From Hydrogenobacter sp. RSW1 (GTDB lineage: Bacteria; Aquificota; Aquificia; Aquificales; Aquificaceae), in NCBI GenBank assembly GCA_038009385.1, contig JBBPCA010000011.1, positions 12,479-52,478 on the forward strand: a DNA stretch of 40,000 nt, in the 5' to 3' direction. Under the pieces are notes generated by a model. The model did not search any database and had not been told where the DNA came from. It saw only the letters and a list, made by a program, of their open reading frames with translations. A program made the position numbers and the translations under genes. Position 1 is the stretch's first letter; each line of letters opens with the position of its first letter. Positions 29,458 to 39,855 of this stretch are shown piece by piece.

Positions 29458-29950
29458 GACAAACCTCCTGTAAAACCTCGTAATCTATTCCGTATTCTTC
29501 TTTTACCAACTTCATCACATCCAAAAAGTCCATCTCTTCATTTATAAACTTTTCCATAGTTCTAATTATATAGTCCAAGTCTATAAGCTTCAGGAGAGCT
29601 ATACCTTTCCAACACCTTTCTGCGGTCAAGAGGTTTTTTCGTCTTTGGCTTATGAAGTTTAGTATTTTTTCCTTGGTGATAAGTTCCTTGCCGTCAAGCA
29701 CAAGCACATCGTGTCCCCTGAGTTTTCTCAACCCTTTGTATATTCCATAAAGAAGGGTTCCCTTATCGTTTCTCATAAAAACCAGTTCGGGAAACTTGTC
29801 AAATAGGTGTTTCATCTCTGATGTTATCACTGCGTAAAGGCTGTCTGGACCTACAAACTTCTTCAGAAGGCTTAACTCTCTTTCCAGTTTGCTTACCAAT
29901 CTCTGGTCCTCCGTGAGCTTTGCGTACAAGACTATAAGAACTTTTATCAT
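29450..29950 (-). CDS. Hypothetical protein, first gene of the gcvH-gcvPA transcription unit
   Basis: 166-aa ORF overlapping gcvH by 8 nt. The segment GTLLYGIYKGLRKLRGHDVLVLDGKELITKEKILNFI weakly recalls MobA-like nucleotidyltransferases, but the N-terminal GxG nucleotide loop is absent. Confidence 0.5.
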   Translation of the reverse strand: MIKVLIVLYAKLTEDQRLVSKLERELSLLKKFVGPDSLYAVITSEMKHLFDKFPELVFMRNDKGTLLYGIYKGLRKLRGHDVLVLDGKELITKEKILNFISQRRKNLLTAERCWKGIALLKLIDLDYIIRTMEKFINEEMDFLDVMKLVKEEYGIDYEVLQEVCHG

Positions 29951-29992
29951 CAGTTATAATATTATAAGGTTTGCTTGCTTTTGGAGGTGGAA

Positions 29993-31099
29993 ATGTCTAA
30001 GAAAATAAAAGTTGCCATAGTAGGAGTAGGTAATTGTGCAAGCTCCCTTGTTCAAGGTATCTACTATTATAAAAAAAACCAAAATGCTAATGTGAACGGT
30101 CTTATGTTTGAAGATGTGGGAGGGTACAAACCGTATGATGTTGAGGTAGTCGCCGCTTGGGACATTGACGCTCGTAAAGTAGGTAAAGATTTATCAGAGG
30201 CCATATTCTCACCACCTAACTGTACAGCCATTTTTGAAAGGGACATTCCCAAAAAAGGTGTAAAAGTCAGGATGGGAAAAGTTCTTGATGGTTTAGCAGA
30301 GCACATGAAACACTATCCACCAGAGAGAAGTTTTGTGCTTGCGGAAGAAAAGGAGGATGAACTTGAAGATGTAGTAAGGGTTTTGAAAGAAACAGGAGCT
30401 GAAATACTCATTAACTATGTTCCAGTAGGTTCTGAGCAAGCTGCAAGGTTTTATGCAGAAGCTTGCTTAAAAGCAGGGGTATCTTTTATCAACGGTATGC
30501 CTGCTTTTATAGTTTCTGATCCAGAGTGGGCTGAAAGGTTTGAAAAAGAAGGTATTCCGGTAGTAGGAGATGACATAAAGTCTCAGGTGGGAGCTACCAT
30601 ACTTCACAGGTCTCTTGTTCAACTTTTTATAGACAGAGGTGTAAAGATAGAAAGGACTTACCAACTTAACTTTGGTGGCAATACAGACTTTTTGAATATG
30701 TTAGAGAGAGAAAGGCTAAAAACAAAGAAACAATCTAAAACTCAGGCAGTTTCTTCTCTGATCCCTTATCCTATAAGTGAGTACGACATACACATAGGAC
30801 CTTCTGATTGGGTACCTTGGCTAAATGACAGAAAGATAGCTTACATAAGGATAGAAGGCAAGCAGTTTGGTGATGTTCCCATGTATGTAGAGTTAAAGCT
30901 TGATGTAGAAGATTCCCCAAATAGTGCAGGTTCTATGATGGATGCCATAAGATGTTGTAAGCTTGCAAGAGACAGAGGCATAGGTGGACCACTGTATTCT
31001 ATCAGTGCCTACACCATGAAACATCCTCCTGTGCAGTATCCAGACTTTCAAGCAAGAAAGATGGTAGAAGAGTTCATAAGGGGCGAAAGGGAAAGATGA
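29993..31099 (+). CDS. ino1: myo-inositol-1-phosphate synthase (archaeal/thermophile short type)
   Basis: KIKVAIVGVGNCASSLVQGIYYY, VGDDIKSQVGAT and NFGGNTDFLN. Start at ATG 29993, 3 nt after GGAGGTGG; the track's TTG at 29975 is rejected. Confidence 0.88.
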   Translation: MSKKIKVAIVGVGNCASSLVQGIYYYKKNQNANVNGLMFEDVGGYKPYDVEVVAAWDIDARKVGKDLSEAIFSPPNCTAIFERDIPKKGVKVRMGKVLDGLAEHMKHYPPERSFVLAEEKEDELEDVVRVLKETGAEILINYVPVGSEQAARFYAEACLKAGVSFINGMPAFIVSDPEWAERFEKEGIPVVGDDIKSQVGATILHRSLVQLFIDRGVKIERTYQLNFGGNTDFLNMLERERLKTKKQSKTQAVSSLIPYPISEYDIHIGPSDWVPWLNDRKIAYIRIEGKQFGDVPMYVELKLDVEDSPNSAGSMMDAIRCCKLARDRGIGGPLYSISAYTMKHPPVQYPDFQARKMVEEFIRGERER

Positions 31100-31117
31100 A
31101 AAATACGGGGGATATGC

Positions 31118-31726
31118 TTGGCTTTTGAAGACATTTTCCCCAAGCCTATTAAAGAAGCCATAGAGAGCATAACCAAAATACCCACCTACGGTGAGAGGGG
31201 TGCCAGCAGGTTTGTTTACAACCTTCTTAAAGTTCTACCAGAGGATAAAACCCTTATAGTGGATACGCTTCAAAACTTGGTAAAAAGCATCAAAAATTGT
31301 TCTGAATGTGGGATACTCACAGACAGAGATGTGTGCGCCATATGTTCTGACAGTAAACGCAGTAAAAAATTCATATGCGTAGTTGAGGAGTCCCAGGACG
31401 CTTATGCCATAGAAAAACTTGAAAGATACACCGGTGTTTATCACATCCTAGGTGGCAGGATAGCACCGCTGGAAGGTATATCTGCCCAAGAACTTAGCAT
31501 AGACAAACTTCTTGAAAGAATAGAAAAATACAAACCTAAGGAGGTTATAATAGCAACCAACCCAAATGTGGAAGGTGAAGCAACAGCCAATTACATTATA
31601 AAATTACTAAGAAAACAATTTCCCCATCTGAAGATAACGAGAATATCCTATGGACTGCAGTTTGGCAGTTTCATTGAGTTTGCAGATGAGATTTCCCTTG
31701 AAAAGTCCTTAGAAAACAGGAAGTAA
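31118..31726 (+). CDS. recR: Recombination protein RecR
   Basis: Zinc finger CSECGILTDRDVCAICSD, Toprim-region ICVVEESQDAYAIE and IIATNPNVEGEATA. TTG start with GGGGGA upstream. Confidence 0.9.
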   Translation: MAFEDIFPKPIKEAIESITKIPTYGERGASRFVYNLLKVLPEDKTLIVDTLQNLVKSIKNCSECGILTDRDVCAICSDSKRSKKFICVVEESQDAYAIEKLERYTGVYHILGGRIAPLEGISAQELSIDKLLERIEKYKPKEVIIATNPNVEGEATANYIIKLLRKQFPHLKITRISYGLQFGSFIEFADEISLEKSLENRK

Positions 31727-31762
31727 ATTCTATTTATTTTTAGAACAGCCTCCATTACTCTA

Positions 31763-31792
31763 TAGACAACTTTTCTCAAGAGAGGTTAAAAT
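31763..31792 (+). promoter_or_regulatory. Candidate promoter TAGACA-N18-TAAAAT, with the -10 seven nt upstream of the DUF420 gene ATG
   Basis: TAGACA 31763-31768, TAAAAT 31787-31792, ATG 31800. No SD in between. Confidence 0.3.
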
Positions 31793-31799
31793 AATTATC

Positions 31800-32216
31800 A
31801 TGACTGGGTACGAGACAATAAACTATCTGAGTCTTATAACTATAGGGATAAGTGGACTCTCTATAATTGCCGGGCTTTACTTTATTAAGACGGGGAGAAG
31901 AGAATTACACAGAAAAGCTATGATAAATGCATCTGTGTTTGCCCTTTTGTTTGTAGCTCTTTACCTTCTAAAAAACGCCCTTTTCCCCACTTCTAAGTAT
32001 GAAGGACCATACAGAAGCCTTTTCTTGTTTATACTTTGGTCGCATACTGCACTTGCTATACTGAACTTTCCCCTTGCTGTGATCACTTTAAGATACGCTT
32101 TAAAAGGGGTTTTTGATAAACACAAGAGGATAGCACCCATCACTGCAGGGGTTTGGCTTTATGTGGCTTTTACTGGCTGGCTCATATACTTCTTTATGCA
32201 GTGGTTAAACCAGTGA
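31800..32216 (+). CDS. DUF420-family integral membrane protein
   Basis: Four hydrophobic segments with HRKAM, LWSHTALAI, HKRIAP and WLYVAFTGWLIY, matching the DUF420 pattern as I remember it. Confidence 0.72.
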   Translation: MTGYETINYLSLITIGISGLSIIAGLYFIKTGRRELHRKAMINASVFALLFVALYLLKNALFPTSKYEGPYRSLFLFILWSHTALAILNFPLAVITLRYALKGVFDKHKRIAPITAGVWLYVAFTGWLIYFFMQWLNQ

Positions 32217-32651
32217 ATGGGAACACCCATCGCACACGCCAAATATCTCAAGTCTGTGATTGATGGGGGTAAATTTATACTCCTCACAAACCTTGTCTTG
32301 GATTTCCTCTATGTCCTCTCTATAAAACTCTATGATCTTACCGCACTTTACACATATGAGATGTTCGTGGTGAGGCTTACCTGCGATAAACTCGTATATG
32401 GTCCTGTTACCGAGTTTTATAACTTCCCTTATAGCACCAAACTCTTGAAGAAGCTTAACAGTTCTGTATATGGTAGACCTTGAAGCCACACCCTTATCTT
32501 GATTGCTCACCCACACAACAAGCTGTTCTATTTCAAAGTGAGATCCATAACTTGCTATCTTGTCTATAAGCTCAAGCCGGCTTTTGGTAACCTTATAACC
32601 CTTTTGTTTGAGAAACTGTTCAAACTTCTGTTTCAATTCATCTAGCTGCAT
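32205..32651 (-). CDS. fur: Fur-family metalloregulator
   Basis: Winged-helix region STIYRTVKLL, HHEHLICVKCGKIIEF and C-terminal CDGC. Start set at ATG 32651 (MQLDELKQKF); the track's TTG at 32669 lies inside the promoter. Fur versus Zur versus PerR cannot be decided from protein sequence alone. Confidence 0.85.
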   Translation of the reverse strand: MQLDELKQKFEQFLKQKGYKVTKSRLELIDKIASYGSHFEIEQLVVWVSNQDKGVASRSTIYRTVKLLQEFGAIREVIKLGNRTIYEFIAGKPHHEHLICVKCGKIIEFYREDIEEIQDKVCEEYKFTPINHRLEIFGVCDGCSHSLV

Positions 32652-32657
32652 ACCATT

Positions 32658-32686
32658 AATATAGCTCAAATGAATTTCATTTGCAA
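32658..32686 (-). promoter_or_regulatory. fur promoter TTGCAA-N17-TATATT, with the -10 six nt upstream of the ATG
   Basis: The minus strand reads TTGCAA(32686-32681)-atgaaattcatttgagc-TATATT(32663-32658)-aatggt-ATG(32651). Confidence 0.5.
32667..32683. promoter_or_regulatory. Perfect 8-1-8 palindrome CAAATGAATTTCATTTG, Fur-box-like operator in the fur/hemC divergent region
   Basis: The palindrome was checked by hand. It contains AATGA-N3-TCATT, the same core and spacing as the classical Fur box GATAATGATAATCATTATC. It overlaps the -35 and spacer of the fur promoter and lies 34 nt upstream of the hemC ATG. Confidence 0.5.
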
Positions 32687-32716
32687 TAATTTTGTTTATG
32701 TATAATAGGAACTATC

Positions 32717-33631
32717 ATGAGGCTTAGAATAGGAACAAGAAAGAGTAAGCTTGCTCTGTGGCAGGCTAACTTTATCAAAGAGAAACTTGAAAAAAGAGGG
32801 CATAAGGTAGAGTTGGTGCTTATAACCACATCGGGAGACAAAATCCAAGATGTACCCCTTGCTAAGATAGGGGGTAAGGGGCTTTTCGTAAAGGAAATAG
32901 AGGAAGCACTTATGCGGAAAGAAATAGACCTAGCGGTTCACTCCCTAAAGGATGTTCCCATGACATTACCCGAAGGGCTCACTATAGGTGCCATAACAGA
33001 AAGGGAAAATCCTTTTGATGTGCTTATATCCTTAAAAGGTGTTCATTTTGAAGATTTGCCGCAAGGTGCAAAAGTAGGTACATCTTCTCTAAGAAGGCAG
33101 GTTCAGATAAAGAGAAGGAGGAGAGACCTAAAGGTAGAAACCTTAAGGGGTAATGTGGACACAAGGCTCAGAAAGCTTCAGGAAGGGTTTTACGACGCTA
33201 TTATATTAGCTTATGCAGGCGTAAAGAGGATGGGCATGGAGGATAAAATAACACAGGTACTTGAGGACTTTATCCCAGCAGTAGGACAAGGTTCCTTAGC
33301 TATAGAAATAAGGGAAGATGATCGGGATGTTTGGCAGGTCGTGAGGAACCTTGATCACACAGAAAGTAGAACAAGGGCAGAGTGTGAGAGAGCTTTCCTT
33401 AGGGAGCTTCAGGGTGGTTGCCAAGTACCCATAGGTGCATACTCTTGGATAGAAGGTGATAATATACTCATCAAAGGCTTTGTCTCTGACCTTGAAGGGA
33501 TTAAATTTATAGAAGGTATGAAAAGTGCAGGCATGAAATGTGCAGAACAAATAGGTGCACAGCTGGCAAGGGAATTGCTCAGTAAGGGTGCTGAGGAAAT
33601 ACTCAGGGGGATTTATGGATGGAACACATAG
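32717..33631 (+). CDS. hemC: Hydroxymethylbilane synthase (porphobilinogen deaminase)
   Basis: [47 protein letters not shown] and the cofactor-Cys region [10 protein letters not shown]. Confidence 0.93.
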   Translation: MRLRIGTRKSKLALWQANFIKEKLEKRGHKVELVLITTSGDKIQDVPLAKIGGKGLFVKEIEEALMRKEIDLAVHSLKDVPMTLPEGLTIGAITERENPFDVLISLKGVHFEDLPQGAKVGTSSLRRQVQIKRRRRDLKVETLRGNVDTRLRKLQEGFYDAIILAYAGVKRMGMEDKITQVLEDFIPAVGQGSLAIEIREDDRDVWQVVRNLDHTESRTRAECERAFLRELQGGCQVPIGAYSWIEGDNILIKGFVSDLEGIKFIEGMKSAGMKCAEQIGAQLARELLSKGAEEILRGIYGWNT

Positions 33632-35274
33632 GTATAGTCCTTGGAACCAAACCCATATCCCCCCTTGAGTTTTGGATAGGTGTAGGTGAGGGACACATCC
33701 TTGAGCTTGATCATGTGGTGTATGTGGAATCAAAAGCAGGAAACCAAAAGGTGATCTTCTACGGCATTGTTCAGGAAGTGCATAAGTTCCTTGAAGGTGC
33801 AGAATCTGTGTATGATGCTCGCCTTGCCACTGATGGCATTATACCTGTGGAAGTAGCTTATACCGCAAAGGTAAGCGTGACCAGAATAGAACCCGAGTTA
33901 TTTATGCCACCCGCACCAGGAGATAAGGTATACAGAGCGGTAGGAACTCATTTTGAGAAGGCACTTTACTACGATCAGATGAAGACAAAGATACCCGCAG
34001 GTCTTACTCGTAGCGGAGAACCCGTCTATATAAACTATCACTTCATCAACGGTAAAGAGGGAGCCCATGTTAGCATCTCTGGTATGTCAGGAATAGCCAC
34101 TAAAACTTCTTATGCCATGTTTTTACTTTATTCCATCCTTAATAAAGCGGATGATATGAGGGATATTCACGGTATGGTTTTTAATGTAAAAGGCAAAGAC
34201 CTTCTGTGGATAGACAAGAAGAATAAGCACCTTTCAAAAGAGGATAAAGAAGCTTGGCTAAAGCTGGGATTAAAACCAGAGCCTTTCAAAAATGTGATTT
34301 TCTATGTTCCACCAGAAGAAAAAAACGCTAGTGTGCCTGACTGTGAAAGGCTTGACGAAAAGGTAGTGCCTTTTTACTGGAGTATGAGGGAATTTGCAGA
34401 AGACGGACTTTTAAAATTTATGTTCGTTGAGGGCCAAGAGGGTATGTCCAACATAAACTACACCATAGACAAGGTCGCTAACAAGTTATACACACTTGCC
34501 AAAAATAGTCCAGTAGGCAGGTTAACAGACGATTACGGCAGAGATATAGAAGATTTAGACGCTCTTGAAAAGCTTCTTGAAGAAGCTATTCAGGATAAAG
34601 AGCAGAACAAAAACTCAGAGGTCTACAAAAGCTGGTTTGGAGATGCACAGCTTCAGACAACATACGCTTTTATGAGAAGGTTTCACAGGGCTAAGACCTA
34701 CATAAAGAGGTTTGTCAGAAGTCAAGAAGGTTCACCTATAAAGTGGCAGGATCATAAGCTGTCCGTCATAGATATAAGCGGACTCCACAGCATAGCCAAA
34801 ATGTTTGTGGTGGGTGCCATCCTTAGAAAAGTCTTTAGGGAGAAGGAGGAAACCTCAAGGTCCTATCCTAAAATCTTCGTAGTACTTGATGAGTTAAACA
34901 AATACGCACCCAAAGATGGCTGGAGTCCTATAAAGGACATTATCCTTGATATAGCTGAAAGAGGGAGAAGCTTGGGCGTTATTCTAATAGGTGCTCAGCA
35001 GACAGCAAGCGAGATAGAAAAGAGAGTAATAGCCAACTCTGCAGTAAAGGTAGTGGGTAGGCTGGACAGCAGCGAAGCGATGAGCAAAGAGTACGAGTTT
35101 CTTTTGGGTAATTTCAGACAAAGGGCTATAATGTTAAAAAAAGGTACCATGATCATGTACCAACCAGACATACCTACTCCCTTAGTGTTTAGATTTCCAA
35201 GACCTTCTTGGGCAACCAGAAAGGAAGAGGTAGAGGAGGAGGTACATGTACCAGAAGATTTTGGTAATTTTTAG
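33619..35274 (+). CDS. HerA/FtsK-superfamily (DUF87-like) ATPase with N-terminal HAS-barrel-like region and atypical P-loop
   Basis: N-terminal [19 protein letters not shown]...[10 protein letters not shown] (HAS-barrel-like). P-loop position reads [10 protein letters not shown] (34081-34110). Walker [16 protein letters not shown]-terminal [18 protein letters not shown]. Overlaps hemC by 13 nt and amiC by 29 nt. Confidence 0.62.
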   Translation: MEHIGIVLGTKPISPLEFWIGVGEGHILELDHVVYVESKAGNQKVIFYGIVQEVHKFLEGAESVYDARLATDGIIPVEVAYTAKVSVTRIEPELFMPPAPGDKVYRAVGTHFEKALYYDQMKTKIPAGLTRSGEPVYINYHFINGKEGAHVSISGMSGIATKTSYAMFLLYSILNKADDMRDIHGMVFNVKGKDLLWIDKKNKHLSKEDKEAWLKLGLKPEPFKNVIFYVPPEEKNASVPDCERLDEKVVPFYWSMREFAEDGLLKFMFVEGQEGMSNINYTIDKVANKLYTLAKNSPVGRLTDDYGRDIEDLDALEKLLEEAIQDKEQNKNSEVYKSWFGDAQLQTTYAFMRRFHRAKTYIKRFVRSQEGSPIKWQDHKLSVIDISGLHSIAKMFVVGAILRKVFREKEETSRSYPKIFVVLDELNKYAPKDGWSPIKDIILDIAERGRSLGVILIGAQQTASEIEKRVIANSAVKVVGRLDSSEAMSKEYEFLLGNFRQRAIMLKKGTMIMYQPDIPTPLVFRFPRPSWATRKEEVEEEVHVPEDFGNF

Positions 35275-36430
35275 CCTGCTTTTCTGCATTTCCTTTGGGG
35301 AGGTGGTAAGTGTAAGATACGGAAATTATCCGGAAAAAGAAAGGATAGTCTTAGATTTTAACAGCAGAGTTGACTACAGAGTTGTGTTACTTGAGAACCC
35401 AAAGAGGATAGTTGTAGACATACTCTCTCAGGGAGACTTTACTTTAAGAGCACCCAAAGGTATAAACTACCGTCTGGGTAAACATCCGTGGGGCACAAGG
35501 ATAGTTTTTGAAAGGGATTTTTCAAGCGTAAAAGCCTTTTCAGTAGAAGGTCCTTTCAGAATAGTCATAGACTTGTTTAAAAAGACTGAAAAACAAGAAG
35601 AGGATAATGATGACGCTTTGTTAGCCATTCTTGATCCTACAGTACTTAAAGTTATACAGTACGACAGCAGAGCCAAAGAGCGAGTCATAAGCGAGCGTAA
35701 AAAGAACACGATAATAACCCAAAAGAGGATCATAGTGATAGATGCGGGGCACGGTGGACAAGACCCGGGAGCCATAGGATACATGGGCATAAAGGAAAAA
35801 GACATAAACTTGGCTATAGCTAAAAGGTTGTCAGAGTATCTCTCACAAGATGGAAGATTCAAGGTAATCATGACAAGAAAAGGTGATACCTTTTTACCCC
35901 TTCAGGAAAGAGCAAACACAGCTCTAAGAAACAGAGCAGACCTTTTTATAAGCATACACGCCAACGCATCTCCACAAGGTGTGTCTAATCATGCAAGAGG
36001 TACTTATGTTTTCGCTATATCTTCTGACGCAGCAAGAAGGAAAAAACACCAGATAATCAACAATGACAGCTATGCCAAGTTAGTGCTCGGTACTGCGGAT
36101 GTCCCCACCAGTGCCAAAAAGGTGCTTGCAGACCTTGCCATGGATGTGACATTATACGAGAGTGTATCCTTTGGTGAAAAAATAGCCAAGAGCATTGCAA
36201 AAGAGTTAGGAAGAGAGGTGCAGTTTAGAGGAATACAGAGGGCAGGCTTTGCTGTGCTTAAAACTCCGGGCATCCCTTCTGTACTTATAGAAACGGGTTT
36301 TATAACTAATCCTGATGAAGCAGTTCTTATGACTGATAAAGAATTTCAGGATAAGTTTGCTCATGCCATCTACAAGGCTATAGTAAACTACTTTTTCCCT
36401 ACAGAGGAAAAACTCACTTTAAGCCAATAA
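35246..36430 (+). CDS. amiC: N-acetylmuramoyl-L-alanine amidase (Amidase_3) with N-terminal AMIN domain
   Basis: Signal peptide [22 protein letters not shown]-like RIVLDF...RIVVDI...RIVIDL, catalytic domain IVIDAGHGGQDPGA, SIHANA and ETGFITN. Confidence 0.85.
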   Translation: MYQKILVIFSLLFCISFGEVVSVRYGNYPEKERIVLDFNSRVDYRVVLLENPKRIVVDILSQGDFTLRAPKGINYRLGKHPWGTRIVFERDFSSVKAFSVEGPFRIVIDLFKKTEKQEEDNDDALLAILDPTVLKVIQYDSRAKERVISERKKNTIITQKRIIVIDAGHGGQDPGAIGYMGIKEKDINLAIAKRLSEYLSQDGRFKVIMTRKGDTFLPLQERANTALRNRADLFISIHANASPQGVSNHARGTYVFAISSDAARRKKHQIINNDSYAKLVLGTADVPTSAKKVLADLAMDVTLYESVSFGEKIAKSIAKELGREVQFRGIQRAGFAVLKTPGIPSVLIETGFITNPDEAVLMTDKEFQDKFAHAIYKAIVNYFFPTEEKLTLSQ

Positions 36431-37070
36431 GTTTGTGAAGTTGGGGTATAACCCTGAGGGTGTATCCCTCTTTAAGTAAGTCTTTTTGGATTTTCAGGGC
36501 TTTTTGTAAAAATTTCTCTTTGTTGCCTTCTGGCTGTAGCACCACCAAACCCTTTTCAAGAAAAGGTAAGAACTCGCCTCTTTTCAGAATGTGAGAAGAG
36601 AAGTTATCATCAACGACAAATTTTAACTCTTTTGCGTTTTTGAGTACAAAAGGATGCACATACCAGTTTGCAGTCCATTTGGGAGAGCATGTTATGTGTA
36701 TGCGGTCTTCTACTACTTGTAGGTTTTCGTTCCACAGTGTGCCGTTTGTTTCTATCTGCACAAAATAACCCTCTTGAATGAGCTCACAAACTAAAAGGTG
36801 AAGGTTTGGTTGTGCAAGAGGTTCTCCGCCTGTAAGCACAAGGTGTTTGTAAGGATAGCTTCTTATCTCTTCTAAAATAGCGTAAATGTCTGTATTTGGT
36901 CTTTTAAATACTAAAGCGGAAGGCTGATCGCACCACGGACACCTTATGTTGCACCCTTGAAACCGCACCATAATACACGGACTTCCCACAAGCAACCCTT
37001 CTCCCTGAATGGTGGGATATATCTCGTTTATGCTTAGAGCTGTGCTTGTTCTAACTTTATCTCGTAGCAT
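36414..37070 (-). CDS. queE: 7-carboxy-7-deazaguanine synthase (radical SAM)
   Basis: [12 protein letters not shown], radical-SAM cluster motif CNIRCPWCD and LTGGEPL. Confidence 0.88.
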   Translation of the reverse strand: MLRDKVRTSTALSINEIYPTIQGEGLLVGSPCIMVRFQGCNIRCPWCDQPSALVFKRPNTDIYAILEEIRSYPYKHLVLTGGEPLAQPNLHLLVCELIQEGYFVQIETNGTLWNENLQVVEDRIHITCSPKWTANWYVHPFVLKNAKELKFVVDDNFSSHILKRGEFLPFLEKGLVVLQPEGNKEKFLQKALKIQKDLLKEGYTLRVIPQLHKLIGLK

Positions 37071-39238
37071 TCTATCACATCACCTACCTTTACATCGTTG
37101 TAATCTTTTAGCTTTATACCACATTCATAGCCTTTTGCTACTTCTTGCACATCTTCTTTGAATCTTTTTAGCCCTTCTATCTTGCCGTCATATATGACTA
37201 CACCGCTCCTTATAAGCCTTGCTTTTGCGTTTCTGACCATTCTGCCTTCAAGCACATAACAACCCGCAACATTTCCCACTGACTTTATCTTGAAAACCGC
37301 TCTGACCTCTGCAGACCCTAGGACTACCTCTTTCTCTACTGGCTTTAGCATACCCTTGAGAGCCTTTTTAACATCGTCTATAAGCTCGTAAATGATGCTG
37401 TAAAGTCTCACATCAACCTTTTCCCTTTCTGCAGCCTCCTTGGCTTTTACATCGGGTCTGGTGTTAAAACCTATCACTATAGCGGAACTAGCTTTTGCAA
37501 GCATAATGTCATTTTCCGTTATACCTCCCACATCACCGTGTATGATCCTTATGGCTACCTCTTGACTGTGTATGTCTGAAAGGGATTTCTTTATGGCCTC
37601 TAAGGAACCAACAGTATCCGTCTTTACTATAAGCTTGAGTTCTTTTAGCTCTCCCTCCTGAATCTTTTTAAAGACCTCTTCAAGAGCCAAACCTCTTGAT
37701 ACTTTTTCCAACTGCTCTTTTTGCAATCTTCTTGCTTCGGCTATTTGCCTTGCAGTCCTTTCATCGGGTACTACCTTGAAGGTATCTCCTGCCATAGGCA
37801 GGTCCTCAAAACCTAAGACCTCTACAGGTGTAGATGGTCCTGCGGACTTGAGTCTTCTCCCTTTATCATCTGTCATGGCTCTGACCCTTCCGTAGGTAGT
37901 GCCTGCAACAAAGATGTCTCCCACATGAAGAGTGCCTTCTTGAACTAAAACTGTTGCGACTACTCCCTTCTGTTTGTCCAGTTTGGATTCTATGATGGTA
38001 CCTTTGGCTCTCTTGGTGGGATCAGCCTTGAGTTCAAGTAAGTCTGCTAACAGAAGTATGTATTCAAGAAGCTGGTCTATGTTCTGACCAGTTTTGGCAG
38101 ATACATCTACGAATACGGTATCTCCTCCCCACTCTTCGGGTATTAGCCCTAACTCTGAAAGTTCCCGCCTTACTCTCTGAGGATCTGCACCCTGTTTGTC
38201 TATTTTGTTAACCGCTACTATTATAGGCACATTAAAAGCTTTTGCATGATTTATGGCTTCTACCGTTTGTGGCATCACACCATCATCTGCTGCAACTACG
38301 AGCACAGCTATATCCGTGACCTGCGCGCCCCTTGCCCTCAGAGAAGTAAACGCTTCGTGCCCCGGTGTGTCCAGAAAAGTTATTTTCCTTCCGCCCGGAA
38401 GCTCCACAACAGACGCACCAATGTGTTGAGTTATCCCTCCTTTTTCTTTTTCCGCCACATTAGTTTTACGGACTGTATCAAGAAGCGTGGTTTTTCCATG
38501 ATCCACATGCCCCATCACCACCACCACAGGAGGTCTTGGTTGAAGGTTCTCCGATGACTCGATTTCTTCCTCTTGATCTATTTTTTCTTCAACGCTTTTT
38601 ATTTCTGCAAGAAATCCCATACCTTCTGCTATGGACACAGCTACCTCTGCAGGTATGGTCTGGTTTATGGTTGCAAGTATGCCCTTTTTGAGAAGCTCTG
38701 CCATGACTTGACTGGGTGGTACCTTCAGTATGTCCGCAAGCTCCCTTACAGTGATTATCTGAGGTATTTCAACTATCTTTATCTCCTCTTCCTTCTTTTC
38801 CTCTTTTTTCTTCTTCTCTATCTGTTGTTCAAGCTTTTTGAGAACTTGCTGCTCTTCCTTGCTTATCTTTTTTTCAACCACTACTTCCTTTTTTGGTTTC
38901 TCTTCGGTTTTTTGTTCCTTAACCTCCGGTGGTGGAGGGGGTGGTGCTTTCTTTTCACGGAAAACTCCTTTGGGCTTTTCCAATTTAGCTGGTTCTTTCT
39001 TAGGTTGTTTTTGCTCCCTCCTTTCCTGCTTTTTGTCTTCTTTTTTGGCTTCTTGCACTTTTTCCTGTTTTTCTTCCTCTTTTTCTGTGCCAAAGTTATC
39101 GTATATAATCTGTAGTTCCTCTTCCTCAAGATGAGAAAAGTTGGATTTTTCTATACCGTATGCTTTTAGAAGCTCCCTTACATCTTTTACGCTTTTGCCT
39201 AATTCTTTTGCTACATCTTGCAATCTTACTTTGCCCAT
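37034..39238 (-). CDS. infB: Translation initiation factor IF-2
   Basis: Start at ATG 39238 ([15 protein letters not shown]). K/E/P-rich low-complexity N-region. G domain [24 protein letters not shown] and NKIDK. The track's 24-aa upstream extension is rejected. Confidence 0.95.
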   Translation of the reverse strand: MGKVRLQDVAKELGKSVKDVRELLKAYGIEKSNFSHLEEEELQIIYDNFGTEKEEEKQEKVQEAKKEDKKQERREQKQPKKEPAKLEKPKGVFREKKAPPPPPPEVKEQKTEEKPKKEVVVEKKISKEEQQVLKKLEQQIEKKKKEEKKEEEIKIVEIPQIITVRELADILKVPPSQVMAELLKKGILATINQTIPAEVAVSIAEGMGFLAEIKSVEEKIDQEEEIESSENLQPRPPVVVVMGHVDHGKTTLLDTVRKTNVAEKEKGGITQHIGASVVELPGGRKITFLDTPGHEAFTSLRARGAQVTDIAVLVVAADDGVMPQTVEAINHAKAFNVPIIVAVNKIDKQGADPQRVRRELSELGLIPEEWGGDTVFVDVSAKTGQNIDQLLEYILLLADLLELKADPTKRAKGTIIESKLDKQKGVVATVLVQEGTLHVGDIFVAGTTYGRVRAMTDDKGRRLKSAGPSTPVEVLGFEDLPMAGDTFKVVPDERTARQIAEARRLQKEQLEKVSRGLALEEVFKKIQEGELKELKLIVKTDTVGSLEAIKKSLSDIHSQEVAIRIIHGDVGGITENDIMLAKASSAIVIGFNTRPDVKAKEAAEREKVDVRLYSIIYELIDDVKKALKGMLKPVEKEVVLGSAEVRAVFKIKSVGNVAGCYVLEGRMVRNAKARLIRSGVVIYDGKIEGLKRFKEDVQEVAKGYECGIKLKDYNDVKVGDVIECYEIKLEQAQL

Positions 39239-39246
39239 AGGATTAA

Positions 39247-39855
39247 TTATAAGCCTTGACTGAGCACTTGTAAAACATCTACCTTTGAAAGACCTAAGTC
39301 TTGAGCGCACACAATGCGCCTTCTTATTTCATCTTCCGGCACGCTGGTTATCTTACTTGCTGTGGTGTAATCAAAGTCCAAGAATATGCTACCGTGTATA
39401 AGGAACGCCTTTTTAAGTGTCCTCATGGCACATGCGACGAACTTTCTTCCGTTTACTGTAAGCTCTCCAAAGCTGGGGAAGAAAAAGCAGTAATAACTAT
39501 CACCTTGTAAACTTTTATTTTCACACATCTCCAAAGATACACCAACAGAACGAAAGGCATCTGTTAGCTTTTGGCTAATTTTTCTGTATATTTGAGTAGG
39601 ACTTTCCCCCCAAGCCTTTTTGTAATCAACAAGAGAAAAAGATATGTCCCATCCGTGCAGTAATGCACCACCACCTGTAGGTCTTCTCACCACTGGGATG
39701 CTAAACTCTCTGGGTTTTTGTGAATAACCTATGCTTACTGTAAGTTGGCTCCACATGTATATCCTTCTGACAGGCTTGCCTATGCCTTCTTCAAGTGCCA
39801 AAAGATTATCTCTGTCTATGTTCATGTTTTCAAAGCCTGTTCTTACTTCTATCAT
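39247..39855 (-). CDS. Lipoate-protein ligase A / octanoyltransferase family protein (BPL_LplA_LipB catalytic domain only)
   Basis: [19 protein letters not shown] and [25 protein letters not shown] (LplA-type RRxSGGGAVxH and the conserved Lys region). 202 aa, no accessory domain. Confidence 0.78.
   Translation of the reverse strand: MIEVRTGFENMNIDRDNLLALEEGIGKPVRRIYMWSQLTVSIGYSQKPREFSIPVVRRPTGGGALLHGWDISFSLVDYKKAWGESPTQIYRKISQKLTDAFRSVGVSLEMCENKSLQGDSYYCFFFPSFGELTVNGRKFVACAMRTLKKAFLIHGSIFLDFDYTTASKITSVPEDEIRRRIVCAQDLGLSKVDVLQVLSQGL

Noticed and set aside
38573-39134. Three long antisense ORFs (180, 98 and 82 aa) opposite the 5-prime part of infB
   Set aside because: They lie in the K/E/P-rich low-complexity region of IF-2. 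Their products are F/L/S- or K/R-rich repeats with no motifs, as expected from stop-poor purine/pyrimidine-skewed sequence.
39239-39260. TATAAT hexamer 7 nt upstream of the infB ATG as another leaderless-type promoter
   Set aside because: The hexamer is formed by the last codons and stop of the upstream ligase gene (GGC TTA TAA). infB is most simply co-transcribed with that gene.
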